Source: Isurus oxyrinchus
Lineage: Eukaryota
Direction: 5' to 3'
Length of the DNA: 64,000 bases
NCBI GenBank assembly: GCA_026770705.1
Contig: JANJGN010000011.1
Location: 50,158,001 to 50,222,000 of the forward strand
The notes beneath the pieces were generated by a model. That model saw nothing but the letters and a program-made list of their open reading frames with translations. It searched no databases and was not told where the DNA came from. Positions 37,990 to 50,608 of this stretch are shown here, one piece after another. Within the stretch, counting starts at the first letter, position 1; every line of letters starts with the position of its first letter. The translations under genes were made by a program, and so were the position numbers.

Positions 37990-39472
37990 ATGCACCGTGC
38001 ATATTTAGTGGGACTCAAATTGGAATATTAGATCCCCATCAATCACTCTTTGGATCCCATGAATCAGGTCAAAGTTGGAATCTAACAAGCGACAGCGAAG
38101 AGATTAGTGAGCACCCAGACCAATTTGCACCATATGTTGGCATCTTTGATAGCACCAAAGAAACCTTTAAAGATGGCTTTCTTCCTGGCACCATATTCAG
38201 GTTCCCTCTCCGTAAAAAACCATCCTACATAAGCAACAATCTGTATAATAAAGATAAAGTTCTTGAGTTGTTTGAGTCATTCAAAGCAGATGCGAGTTCT
38301 CTTTTACTTTTCCTGAAAAATGTGCAGAGTGTGACTTTGTACATCCGGGAATCCAATGGCACAGAGAGAATCCTCTTCAGAGTGACCGCCTCTGAGGGTA
38401 AAGAGCTGAAACATGAGAGGCCAAACTCCTTAAAGATCCTGAGGACTGCTGCAGATCGCTACTGCAATAATATTCCAAGCAACAATGTAACATGTGTGAC
38501 TTACCATGTAAACATAGTGGCTGAAGATGTAACTTCAAAAGATATGGAAGAAATGTCTTGGCTCGTTTGCAACAGTGTGGGTGGCCGCGGGATGTGCAAT
38601 GAACTGGACTGTTTGGCTGAAGACTTGAAGTACATTCCTAATATTGCCATTGCCATGCCTCTCCTGCGTAGCGAGGAGGTGAAAGGAGCTGTATCTGAGT
38701 TCGTAGGGCGAGCATTCTGCTTCCTTCCTTTACCTCCTGGTGAAGAAAGCAAGACTGGCCTGCCTGTGCACATCAGTGGTTTCTTTGGATTAACAGATAA
38801 CAGAAGGAGTATTAAGTGGAGAGAAGTAGACCAGTGGAGAGACCCCGCTGCTCTATGGAATGAGCTCCTTATTAACAATGTAGTTCCGAAGACTTATGCC
38901 ACCCTGGTTCTAGAAGCTGTGAAACGAATGCAAGCTGAAAAAGATCAGGATTCTCCATTAACTCCTGAGGCCATTCACAAAGTATGGCCTGATGTAAGCA
39001 AGATCCGAGTGCACTGGAAACCAATTTTAGAGCCCCTCTTTAAGGAACTGATTCAGCATCCTGTAATCTATTCAATGAGTAACCGTTGGGTGAAAGTTGA
39101 CTTGGTTTATTTCTGTGAAATGGACAATGGCAGAGACTGTACAGAAACAGTTCTCAACTTCCTCAATAAGACAGGAGTACAGATAGCTCGAGTGCCTGAA
39201 AATGTCTTTAATGCTGTACAGGCCTACAGCCCTGATGCAAAGAACCTAAAGAGAGTCAGTCCTGCACTGGTACGGCAGGTGATTAGAAAATTCAGGCATC
39301 GAGGCAGTCCAGAGGAAAAACTTCAGCTTCTGGAGTATGTGCTGACTGATCACAACTTTGGAGAATTGATTGGATTGGAACTGCTTCCACTACAGAATGG
39401 GAATTTCATATCTTTTGACTCCTCTGCAGCAGATAAGGATGCCATTTACATTACCACAGATGATCATCCCAG
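37990..39472 (+). CDS. SACS: Sacsin large coding exon (exon 8 equivalent), remainder of sacsin repeat 1
   Basis: tttccccacAG|AT...CCCAG|GTaaca; 1483 bp, fully open. Contains DAPCIFSG...FRFPLR...[51 protein letters not shown]...[12 protein letters not shown]...DDHPR. Confidence 0.98.
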
Positions 39473-39799
39473 GTAACATTTCAGCTTCGTGTTGCTTGTT
39501 ATAATGACATAAAGTGGCAGAATTGGGGATTATTGTTTACCAGCATCATTGAGATTAAGGTTTGTGGGGTGGGGGTGGGTGGGATACAGAATGGTCCGAG
39601 TTTTGTCTTTATGTTGGGAGAGTTAACTATTTTACACACAGGTCGGAAGGGAACGGCTAAGGAAGTTTGACAAATGTTGCAGCAGGAATCTTTGATAATG
39701 TGCCAGAAGCACAGGATACTGAATTGTTAAAAGCCAGGTGGGGCTGCTGATAGGATAGAACTATCAATTTGTTGCAGATGAACAAAAAATTGTGATGTT

Positions 39800-41720
39800 A
39801 TTTAATAAGCACTGGAAAGACTGGCTATACCTAAGAGTGGATAAATTGCCTGGTCTGGCATTCCAGGTTGCTAAGGGAAGTGGAGGTGGAGATAATGGAA
39901 GGATTTGCCATAATCTTCCCATCTTCCCCAGATACAGGGAGGTGCCAGCAGATTGGAAGGTGGAAAGTTTTACACCTTTGTTCAAGAAAGGGGACATTCT
40001 TCGTAACTGCAGTCCAGTCAATTCAACATCAGTGATGGGGAAAGTTTTAGAAAAAATAATCAGGGAAAACAAAGTAACAGGTGCGTGGAAAGGTTTAAGT
40101 TTATTAAGAAGAGCCAGCATGGATTAATGAAAGCCAGATGGTAGTATAGTGGTTATGCCACTGACCTAGTAACCCTGTGCCTGGGCTACTGCTCTGGGGA
40201 CACTGGTTCAAGTCCCACCATGGTAGCTCATGGAATTTAAATTCAATTAATAAATTAAATTAGTTAATGATTAAAAATTGAAAGCTAGTTTCAGTAATGA
40301 TGACCATGAAACTATCATTGAATGCTGTAAAATCCCATTTGGTTCACTAATGCCCTTTAGAGAAGGAAATTTGCTGTCCTTACCTGGTCTGGCCTACGTG
40401 TGACGCCAGACCCACATTGTGGTTGACTCTTAACTGCCCTCTGATATGGCCAAGCAAGCCACACAGTTCAGTTAGGGATAGGCAGCAAATGCTGGCCTTG
40501 TCAGTGATGCCTGCATCCCATGAAAGAATAAAATGTCATGTTTGCCTAATCTAATTAAATTTCCTGATCAAGTAATTGAGAAGGGAATGCAGTGGATGTT
40601 AAGAAAACGTTTGACAAAGTAGCATATAAAAGGCCAGTTAACATAATTAAGGCTTGTGAATAAGGAGGACCAATGTCAGCTTGGATAAAAAATTAGCTTA
40701 AGGACAGAAAACCGATTGTTTTTCAGACTGTGGGGATGGTAGATAGTGGTACTATGAGTCAGTGCAAGGACCACTGTTTTTTTGACATATATAAATGACA
40801 TGAATATTAGAATATAGAGTAAAATTTCAAAATTGCCAATGATGCTCAACTTGGAAGTGTGGCAGTGAGGATGATACCAATTGGCTGTAACAGGGCATGG
40901 GCAGGCCAAGAGAACGGCAGACAAGTGGCAGATGGAATTTGATATCAAGATGTGTGAGTTGCTGCATTTTGGCAGAAGGGCTAAGGAAGGACAACATATA
41001 CTTAATGATACAGTTCTAAAGAGTGCAAGGACAGAGTGGCCTCGAGGTTCATGTGCATAGATCCTCGAAGTTGGTAGGTGTATTGAGAAGGTAGTTAGTA
41101 AACCATCTGAGGATCCTGAGTTTCATAAATAGAGGTATTGTGTATAAAAGCAAGGAAGTTATGCTGAACCTTTATAAAGCTGTGGTTAGGTCACAGGTAG
41201 AGTATCGTACTCAGTTCTGGTCACCACACTTCAGGAAGGCTGTGAGGGTACTTGAGAGGGTGTAGAGGAGATTTAGCAGAATGGTTCCAGGGTTGACGGA
41301 ATTTAGCTACAAGACTAAGATGTAGAAGCTGGGGTTGTTGTTCTTGGAGCAAAGCAAGTTATTTGGGAGATTCGATAGAGATGAACCAGATTAAGACAGG
41401 TTTAGATAAGGTAAAGAAACAAAAGGTGTCCCCTTAGCTGCTGGTACAAGATTTAAGAGTTTGGGCTAGAGATGCAGGACGATGTGAAGAAGAACTTTTT
41501 TACGCAGTGGCTGGTAATGACTTGGAGCTCGCTGCCTACAAGGGTGGTGGAAGTGGAGATGATCAATGATTTCAAAAGGAAATTGGATAGGCACTTGAGG
41601 GAAATAATCAGGGCAATGGGAATAGAGCAAGGGAACAGAACTAATTGGATTGCTGTACAGAGTGCTGGCATGGATGTGATGGGTCAAATGGCCTCCTTTT
41701 GTGCTATAATGACTCTGTGA
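39800..41720 (+). mobile_element. Decayed CR1 LINE interrupted by a SINE
   Basis: EVPADWKVESFTPLFKKG..MGKVLEKII; KKNFFTQWLVMTWSSLPTRVVE; tail gggtcaaatggcctccttttgtgct. Confidence 0.85.
40137..40533 (+). mobile_element. Full-length tRNA-derived SINE
   Basis: A-box-like tggtagtatagtgg, B box GGTTCAAGTCC (40205-40215); 3' tail ttagggataggcagcaaatgctggccttg...cccatgaaagaataaaa shared with the family B LINE. Confidence 0.85.
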
Positions 41721-42455
41721 CTCTTGGTGCATTGCATTGTTCTTTAAAGGTGAATGCTGAAATGGTTGAGAGTGAGATACAATATAATAATGAATGAACT
41801 ATTTTTGTTAAATATGTCAGTTAGGCTAAAGGAAAATAAGGTGTCAGGGCTGGATCACACACATCCTAGAATCCTAAGGTAGTAAATTATCTGGGCCCTA
41901 GTAATTATAATAGATTTCTATTGAATGTGGATATGAGCTAGAGGGTTGGTCTATGCAGTACCCATTTTTTAGGTAACAAGGGCAACAGAGCTAATCTGGG
42001 TAATTAAAGGCCACTTAGCTTAATATCTGTGATAGGGAAAATTTTAGAATCTTTAAGCATGTCTAGATGAAGAGAAAACAGTTGGAAGTCTCCAGGGTTT
42101 ATTTCAAAAGGGATGATTGTACTTGAATTCTTTGGGAGAGTAACATACATGGTGGAATGATGAGGAGAATGCAGTGGATGTTGTTTACTTGGATTTAATA
42201 AACACCTTGATTCAGGGTTTTATTATTGAATAATAAGGGGTGTGGAATTAAGAGGAGGGTAGGGTAGAATACAGGATTAAAATCGGTTAGAAGTAAGAAA
42301 ACAGAAAGTAGGACTTTTCAATGTTGCTAGTAGTGGGCAGTCCCACAGGTTTTAGCTATGGGGCCACTTCAGTTCACTCTATATTATTAAATTAGATATA
42401 AGCCTAGAGGGAATGGTGTCAAAATACCAAATTATCCCAAAATAGGAGAAACAGT

Positions 42456-43165
42456 GGGCTGCATTTTAAGTGCCCCTGCTGGGTGTTTTTTTCGGCTGGA
42501 GGGTGGGGGGTGGGGTGGATGGTGTTGGTTGTGGGCTGGTGGGTTTTTAAAATAGGGTGGAGAGCCACCCCACCACCTTCTCGCTCACTCCCATAATATG
42601 GAGGTTGGATGGGCGCTGAAATTGACAGGCTGCCTGCCATATTTAAATAGATATATCAAGGTTCAATTGGACTTGTTAGCAAGCCAATTGACCCTGGTAA
42701 TACGCGACCCATGCCATAAAATGATTGGCTTGGGCAGTTGGGCGGGAGTGGGCAGACTGATTTTTTTAAAAATTCAAGGGTGGGGAGGGCCTCTCCTTTG
42801 CAGATTGGAGATTGGGGGGCTGGTGTGGCCCCTCTAAAATAGAACTCTGACTTTCTTCCTTCTTGCTACCTGCCTGCTGCATTAAACACACCACCCCAAA
42901 CCTCCCACCCCCTCCCTAACCTGCCCAAACCCTCCTTGCCCAAGACCCTGGGCTTACCTTGCTCCAAGCTTCATGGGTCTTCTTCCTGGTTGCAATCCTG
43001 GCAATTCCCACTAATGCGCTCTTGGCAATGTGGGACTGATGGAGCTGCCGGCCAATCCAGTTGGCTGGCAGTTCCTGAGGGTGGCACTTCCTCCCCAGTG
43101 AGGGAAGGGTGATTGGTTGGCAAGTGGACTCTGATTGGTAGCAGCTTTGCCATAGAGAATGCATC
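42456..43165. mobile_element. Harbinger-type MITE fragment, H3-less sibling of 22149-23291
   Basis: Starts GGGCTGCATTTTA; internal aaattgacaggctgcctgccat and cttgttagcaagccaattgacc shared with the H3-bearing element. Confidence 0.7.
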
Positions 43166-43169
43166 AGTT

Positions 43170-43666
43170 GATGGTGACTGACAGCTAAGAATGATGCTGA
43201 TAACCAATTTAAGATTGTCGGTCAGGCTTGCAGTGTGGTGCATTTGCGTGTATTGGAACCTACAAATATTAATACACAGGGCCCTGTTCTTTTCAGACAG
43301 AAAGAACATGTACATGCGTTGTGCCTGTTTCAGCTAAACAAAATAAGTGACAGCCATTCGCTGGTTCATTCTCCAGGGTAATGTCTCGACTCGTACAAGT
43401 ATATTTTTCTGTCAAAGCCTTCAGTGTCAAGCTGTCTGGTTTAAATTTTAAACAATGCTTGGTAGTTAACAGTCAGACACCATCAACTATATTCTGCATG
43501 GCAACACCTCTATCAATCACCTTCTACTTGCCAACCAATCAGCAGTCCCTTCTCATACAGTATAAATTTGTTGTTTCCCCTGAAATTGGTATTTTCTTGT
43601 GAATTGTCCTGATTCATCTTGTCCAAGGTGAAAAGCTGTGACAAAAACTGTCTTTTTTCAGCAATT
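43170..43666 (+). mobile_element. Penelope-like element 3' end with a degenerate hammerhead motif at about 43604-43644
   Basis: KNDADNQFKIVGQACSVVHLRVLEPTNINTQGPVL resembles a GIY-YIG C-terminus; UTR homologous to 14900-15187; TTGTC-CTGAT...GAAA-AGCT-..-GACAA. Confidence 0.78.
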
Positions 43667-44736
43667 CACAGGATATTAAAGGCAGTACTTCATAAGGCAG
43701 TGAAAAAACACAAATAGAGTTCTAGGTTTAAGCTTGAGTCATTGATAATAAAAGTCAAGAAATAATAATGAAGCTAAATGAAACTTCACAGGTCCTCAGT
43801 TAGAGGATTGGATGTGGCATTTGGGATCCATGATATAGGAAAGATATTGAGGGTTTAGAGAGGGTTTAAAAAAAAGCTTCACTAGGATGTGGCCTAGTGT
43901 GAGGAATTATCAATATGAAAAAAGACTTGAACAATTGGGGTTATTATGGAGTGAAAAGATAAGTGTTTAAAATTATGAAAGGAGAGGACAAAGTAAATAG
44001 AACAGACTGCTTCCAGTACTTGTAGAATCTAGAATGAGGGGCCATAGATACAAAATTAAATGCAAAAGATTTAGAAGAATGTGAAAGGGTAACTTCTTTA
44101 AGTGATGCCATGGAATACACTTCCAGGGTTAGTGGCTGGGGCAGAAACTATGTGAGTATCCAAGATTAGATTGGACCGGTGGATGATGAAGGTCATAATA
44201 TGGATGAGACTTGGATGTTAATATGTTTCAGATTGTTTGCTCGTATAAAGGGCAAATGTTGGCATGGACCAGTTGAGCCAGATAGTCTCTTACCATGTTG
44301 CAATTTCTGCATGTTTCTGTGTCTTTCTATGGAGGAACAGGATGATAGCATTCAGTGCTTTTGTTTCCCCCAACAAACTGTTTTTAGCATTTTTAATGGT
44401 AGATTTGCAGATATTACAAGGGCAAATAAATTTGGTTTGGAGTGATCAAGTTGCTGGATGCAATAAGCAGAAGCGCCATCAGAACTGGAGGTATGGTAGA
44501 TCCAAGGTGGATCACCAAATCTGACAGAAAGGAAAGCATGAGGTGTGAAACCTTTGGTGCCAGCTTAGAGAGTAAAGCATTGTGGGTTACAGATGCATCA
44601 CTCATAATAGCATCAATTTCAGCTGATGGGCATTTCACAAGAAGTGTATTGGTTTAATTGTCTTTTTTTTCTATTGATGCTGATAAGATAAATAATCCTA
44701 GTGACAACAGTGGTCCAGACAATAATAGAAGATAAA

Positions 44737-45200
44737 GGGCCAGATTTTCATCATGGAGGCATGAATTGGGAGTCGTGACTTTTCCCGATGTTGCAATCCT
44801 TCCTCCATCACAGCAGTGCTGGCAGGTGGGATTTTCATCTCTTGGAGGCCTGGAGTCACCTGGGCAGAGATGGAGGCAGAGTGATGCCGAGGCAGCCAGA
44901 TTAAAAGACCCATCTCTGTTCCCACAGTCATCAGCTCCGTTCTTCAGATCAACCACCCCCTCACAACCACCTCACACTCTCAACCTCACTCCCACTACCA
45001 TTCAACCCTTTTTACCCCTCTAACCCCCAAATCACTCACTCACTATTCAGAATTCATTAGGCCGATAATAACATTTTGAAGTAATTGAAAATCTCATAAA
45101 TCTGTCAAGATAAAGAAACTCACATGCCCCAGGACAGCTATGTAAACAAACTGAATCAAACTACAGAATCCATTAGTGCCTTCTAATTCCCAACTCACCA
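44737..45200. mobile_element. Truncated Harbinger-type non-autonomous element
   Basis: Starts GGGCCAGATTTTC; organisation resembles 7544-8789; right end not identified. Confidence 0.45.
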
Positions 45201-46359
45201 CAAAATCTGGTCCAAAATGTTCAAGGCTTGTTCTTGTGCAATAAATGAAAGACAGTGGCAAAGCTGATAGAAAAATGAATTTGTGTGATGCTAAGTTTAC
45301 TGGCCTGGATTCTCAGGTTTGATCCTGTCCTGAGCTGATCTCCACAAAGGTATAAGTGGTGCTGAAGGTGGTCCAATTGGCTATGCATGAATTGTGCTCC
45401 TGCTTACTACCTAGCTGAAAATAAACCTGTATGGAGGTTAGCCAAACCTGTGATACCTTCTCCAAAGTTGAATGACCTGTAATCACTCCCATGCTCACAT
45501 ATCAAGAAGTACCACTCTATGAATATGGTATCGGGGGGCCATTGGCACCATGGAGCGGTTTGTTTTTAAATCTGCTTAGATAAAGGTCTCTATTTTCCAA
45601 ACACTCAAGATTAGAAATCTTATTTCTACCAAAGAAAGTTACGTTTTTCAGGGTAGGACCCACATAGATTGCTTGGGCTCTGTCCTAAACCTAAGTTAAT
45701 CTTATGGTACTGCACTTCTATTAGCCTTACACAATGACCACTAGGTTAACCAAGTCCTGTGAGTTTGTATTTTGTCCTATGTTTCTGTTTGGTCAGTATA
45801 GCCCTTCAAAGTACTTCACTTTGCTGGTGGAAAATTGTCACAAACAGAAGTTGTTGCTAAATTTTAGCAGAATCTAGACCTTTAAATGCAAATTTTATTC
45901 CAGCTGAGACCCATATCTATCACCTCTCTGAATGTGTCTCTTTTTCTCTGTTCCTTCCCTCATTGAAATTATTTCTTCTGTTTGTACTGATACAAGAGTT
46001 TAGCCTTACTTCAGGTTCATCGAATGTGAGTAACAACATTCTGGCAAATGACAACAACACCAATGTTTTATGTTATGTTATTTCCTAAGAGCTGCTAGTG
46101 TTTCAGAACACCACTGGTAAGCAGAAATGAACCTTGAGGAATCCAGGTTATTGTTCAACCCCACAATAAAAGCTGGATTGTTTTCAGTCATTCTAACTTT
46201 ATTTCTAACATTTGGGTGATCAAATAGTTCAGTGTTTCAATGAAATACATGGTCTGTTTAGCTGTGAAACAAGGACTTGATTATGGAGGTCACTTGCTTA
46301 TAAAGGGCAAGTGAGAAAAATTTGCTTAAGATGAATCTTAGCTTTGACTTTTCCAATAG

Positions 46360-46451
46360 GTCTCTTTTCCCAGGACTGGAGGGAAGATTTCTAGCTGAAA
46401 ATCTGAAGCCAACTATCATGTCTGCCCTGAGGGAAGCTGCTGAAAGCCGAG
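46360..46451 (+). CDS. SACS: Sacsin coding exon (exon 9 equivalent)
   Basis: ttttccaatAG|G...CGAG|GTaaaa; 92 bp. Reads [30 protein letters not shown](G) versus human [31 protein letters not shown]. Confidence 0.95.
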
Positions 46452-48067
46452 GTAAAACACGTGATATATGACTCTAGGTTTTTGCAGTAATTATAAACAG
46501 GACTGCTTTGAAATCCATTCAATTGCTTGCAAGCATTCCATTTTGGGTTTCTTCAGCAGATTATCCTATCAGGTTGTCATAATAACAGTCTGCATACCCC
46601 CAGGCAGGGAATTAATAAGATGACCTGGGACTCACTGCATTGCAAATGTGCAGTTCTGTCAAATGGAAATTTCTCCTTGCTTGGGATAAGCCTTACTTAC
46701 AGGCTGAAGAGTTCATAAACTGTTTCTGTAAAGTCATCAGGTAGGGATGGCTGAAAATTCTCAGTCCTTTTGGGGAACTCCCACTCTAACTCTGGTGGGT
46801 GTAGACAAGAAGGGCTGGAATTTATGTCAGGACCAAATTATGTTTCCAGTCAAGCTATGTAAGGCAATTGGTATAAAAGTGGCCTGGGCTGGAGATAGTG
46901 CCAGTAGACATTCTCATGTTCTTGGTCATTAGAGGAAAAGAAGAGACCTTCCCCTATCCTTGCTAACTTTGGCAGTGTCAGCAGCAGACGCCCTGAGTGG
47001 GTGAATACTGGCACTTTTACCTGTCCTCCGTTGGCAGATTATTTGGCCCGGATACAATAGTTTATAAGCACTTCCTTCATAAAGTAATCCTGATATATTG
47101 TTACACAGATATTTTCTGTGTTTTACCACAGGCTCCGGGAATGCTGGGGTTTAGAATTCACTGAAATTTTAACTGCAGCACATTTTTTCATGACTGTATC
47201 TTTTTTTCTCTGTACAACTTGGTTGAAACATCTTTATGTTGTGTCAGCCATCTAGGTTCACAGAGTACGGGACAGGTACAGTGATAAATCTCTGCAGACA
47301 CAACTGGCCTATTTTGGGGAGGGGACTGAAGCTCAGATCTCAAGGTTTTTTTGTAGGGCCTGGAGGAGCAGTCCTGCTCTCCCTGGCCCACAAAAAGAAT
47401 TTCAACCAATATATTTTACTTATTGGGTCTCTTTAGGTCTGGAGCTCTCTCATTTGGGTTTCCCTGGGCACGATCAGTGCTCTACATGAGTTGCACAGCC
47501 CAGGGTTAAACTGATGTCGGCTCTGCATGATGTCATCAGACCCTGACTTTTGAAAGTTAATAAGGTCTTTGCCTGTCTGTGCTGAGGGCCTCCAAAGTTG
47601 CTCAGGACGTGCTTGTTAAAATGGTATGGGGTGAAAGTCCACTGTGGATAAGGTGAATAGCATATCACCGATATTTTAACACCCCTCACAACCCTTTCTG
47701 GTGGGGTACTGAGGCCTAAAATCAGATCTTCTGTTTTATAACAAAAGCTAAAACTAAGATTGGGTAAAACCAAGATGTGAACCAGCTAGCCCAGCAACTT
47801 ATGATTTTAAATGGGTTTCTTAGTACATAAAAATAATTTGTATTATGTAAATGCCCACCTTCTGGGCTCCTGTGTGGAAAAGCTACCTGTGTACAGCAAC
47901 ACTTTATTTGTAGCTCTGGCATCTAAATATGAAATTACCAATATCAAATTTGATCTCCAGTCCTTGTTGAGTTTGGTGAACTCAACTGGGACAAGTACAA
48001 TTGGCCTCAGTGCTCTGCAAAAGCCAGTGTTCCTAAATTCTAATTAGGATCCACTGATCTCTGCTGC

Positions 48068-48146
48068 ATGTGTGTGTGTGTGTGTGTGTGTGTCTGTGCA
48101 TGTGTGTGCATGTGAATGTGTATGCGTGCGCATGTACATGTGTGTG
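48068..48146. repeat. (TG)n microsatellite with an imperfect extension
   Basis: atgtgtgtgtgtgtgtgtgtgtgtgtctgtgcatgtgtgtgcatgtg... Confidence 0.95.
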
Positions 48147-48908
48147 CTTGTTTGGTGAATAAAGCTTTTGATTTGGCTGTGATCTCGCAAAAGTGAATAA
48201 ACTGCTAGTGCTCATGCATGAGGCTTACACCGGAACAATGTGTTTTTGGCTGGTTAGTTCTAGCAGAAGTCAGTGGCCTAGAAAGTTGATGCTGTGTCTG
48301 TTTTACAATTGTGAAATGGGTGGCAAAGGGTCTTAAGGTGGGTGGCTAGCACGTGCACATTCTGAGGTGGAACTGCATCAACCATCCAGCAAAAAAACAT
48401 CCGAAGTCTGCATCTGAAACAGGCTTTACACCTTTTACATAGCCTTTTTCTCGATCGACCTCGCTAGTCTCCCTCCCTGAGTGGGAGAGTTGTCTGGGTG
48501 TGATTAGCAGGTCTAATGTGAATGAAGCCCAAGGCCTCAATCCTACCTGTGTTTCAATGCATGGATTCTTCCTTGTGTTTAGCAGGAGAGAAAATATAAG
48601 CCTGGGGAACCAGCCACTCCCTATAGAGATTAATTAAATTTACAGGGCAAGAAATCTGACTTTTGAAATATGCATCCTGGTAGTTGGTTGTGGATCCCCA
48701 TTTATGGAGAAGTATGAGTAAGTTTCCGAGATCTGCAGGCATAGGAAGCCTTAGTAAAGTTAAAATCAGGACATAGAGAGGGAGGGAGGGGGATTAGAGG
48801 AAAATATATCCTCAGTAAATAGAATAAATTCTGCATTTCAGTAGTGACTACACTTGAAAAGTATGTAATTGGTTGCAAACGACTTTTGGATAGGAGCATA
48901 GGAACAGG

Positions 48909-49592
48909 GGCCTGAATTTTTCATTTGTCAGGTGTGCACGATCGGTGGGCCCAGAAGTGGACGGGAAAAGGGCCTCTGGCTGCAAACAGCCTCCATCCGT
49001 GATTTCACGCTGGCTGGCCAATTAACGGCCAAGCAGCGTGAAATATGCACTGAGAAATGCTCAGTGCTGCTGGGGTGGGGGCGGGAAGAGGGTGGGTGCC
49101 GACCTAACTGAGGGTGCTAGTGAGTGCTTCTAGTGAGCTTCCTGAAGGCAGACAGCTGCCCCGGGGAGCTGCAGACCTCCACAGAATAATGGAAACGACA
49201 AATATGCTGCAAAATATGCCCATGCAGCACAATCGAGCACTGATAGCATACCTCATAAACAACCAGTCCCCAGATATCTCTTTTTATTTCATTCCCCCAC
49301 GGAAATTTCATCCCGCCCTCCATTGAGGTTGGAGCAAAAATGAGAAGCCTGCCTGGGAGAACAGGCCATCCGCCAACTGTAAATGTGCATGGGAGACGTA
49401 AAATCGCTGTTAATTGCATTGCTAATGGGATTAATTGCCGACGGGCTCGTTTCCGACTGCTGTGCATGGCCACCGAGCGGAATAGCGCTCGAGTGTGCGA
49501 TGACGTTGGGGCCCTCGCCAGATGTCATCTCACACTATTTCACGTCCATTCAGGTTGGGCATGCGCCTGCCACGGGATGTAAAATTCTGGCC
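48909..49592 (-). mobile_element. Harbinger MITE related to the 50894-56623 element, inserted in a CR1 tail
   Basis: GGCCTGAATTTT...AAAATTCTGGCC termini, AGG TSD; both arms resemble the reverse complement of the large element's ends. Confidence 0.82.
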
Positions 49593-50200
49593 AGGGGTAG
49601 AGTATTCAGCCCCATGAGCCTATTGCACCATGCAAGGAGATCACAGCCAATCTGCACCATAACTCCATCCACTTGCTGTGGCTCTGCATCCCTTAATACT
49701 ATTGGTGAGCAAAAATTTATTGATCTTTAAATTATTAATTGTTTTAGGATTTACTGCTTTCTGTAGGAGGGAGTTCCATTCATCTACCACCATTTTGCTT
49801 GAAGAAATGTTTCTTAACTTCTCTCCTGAATAATCAGGCTCTGATTTTAAGGTTATCTTTCATTTCCCTAGGTTCCCCCATCAGCAGAAACAGTTTCTCT
49901 CTATTTACCCTATCAATTCCTTTCAAAATCCTAAAAGCCTCAATCAAATCATTCCTTAACTTTCTAAATTCCAGGAAATAGAAGCCTAGTTGATATAAAC
50001 TTGCCTCATAATTAATCCTTGGATCCCTGATAATATCCTAATGAATCTGCATTGTACCCTTACCAAGGTCAATGTATCCTTACTAAGGGGCAATGTTGAG
50101 ACTGTATGCAATATCCCAGGTGTGATCTAAGCAGGCCTTTGTATAACTGTTTCAAAACATCCTCCCCTTTATATTCTATGGTTAAAAAGGCTAATATTCC
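49593..50200 (-). mobile_element. CR1 3' fragment (tail continues at 48897-48908)
   Basis: Minus-strand IEYKGEDVLKQLYKGLLRSHLGYCIQ; removing the MITE restores cataggaacaggggtagagtattcagcccc. Confidence 0.75.
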
Positions 50201-50203
50201 ATT

Positions 50204-50608
50204 AATAAGAACAGAAAGTGCTGGAAAAACTCTGGGCCTGGCAGCAACTGTGGAGAGAGAAGCCAGGTTAATGCTTTGAGTCCAATATGTCTTCTTCGGA
50301 AGCAAAAGCACTTTGGCTAGAATTTTCCAGCCCTGTTGGCGTTGGGCGTCATGGTGGGTGGGGGGGACGGGGACGGTATGGCGAGAAGGCCAAAAATCGG
50401 TTTCACGCTGGGACGGAAACACAGTCGGATCATCCGATGGTGTCCACCATGGCGGAACGCGAATCCCACCGGAGGCCGGTGTGAACCCGATTTGCATCCC
50501 AGTAATGGAGCTCTGAAGCAGGGTCATACGGACTCGAAATGTTAACTCTGCTTCTCTCTCCACAGGTGCTGTCGGACCTGCTAAGTTTTTCCAGCATTTC
50601 TTGCTTTT
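50204..50608. mobile_element. Inverted pair of Penelope-type tails with a MITE fragment (50315-50500) in the spacer; hammerhead-like motif at 50508-50548
   Basis: 50204-50300 is an imperfect reverse complement of 50510-50608; GAGCT-CTGAAGC-A-GGGTC(atacg)GACTC-GAAA-TGTT-AACTC. Confidence 0.72.

Larger units (their letters stand above)
41800..44325 (+). mobile_element. Old CR1 LINE interrupted by a MITE and a Penelope fragment
   Basis: Residual RT-region DNA (catcctagaatcctaagg, gcagtggatgttgtttacttggattt, aggaaagatattgagggtttagagaggg) and a CR1-type tail near 44270-44325. Confidence 0.7.

Noticed and set aside
47099-47743. Possible solo LTR (TGTTAC...TATAACA)
   Set aside because: Flanks ATAT/AAAG give no TSD and there is no second copy in the window to support the boundaries.
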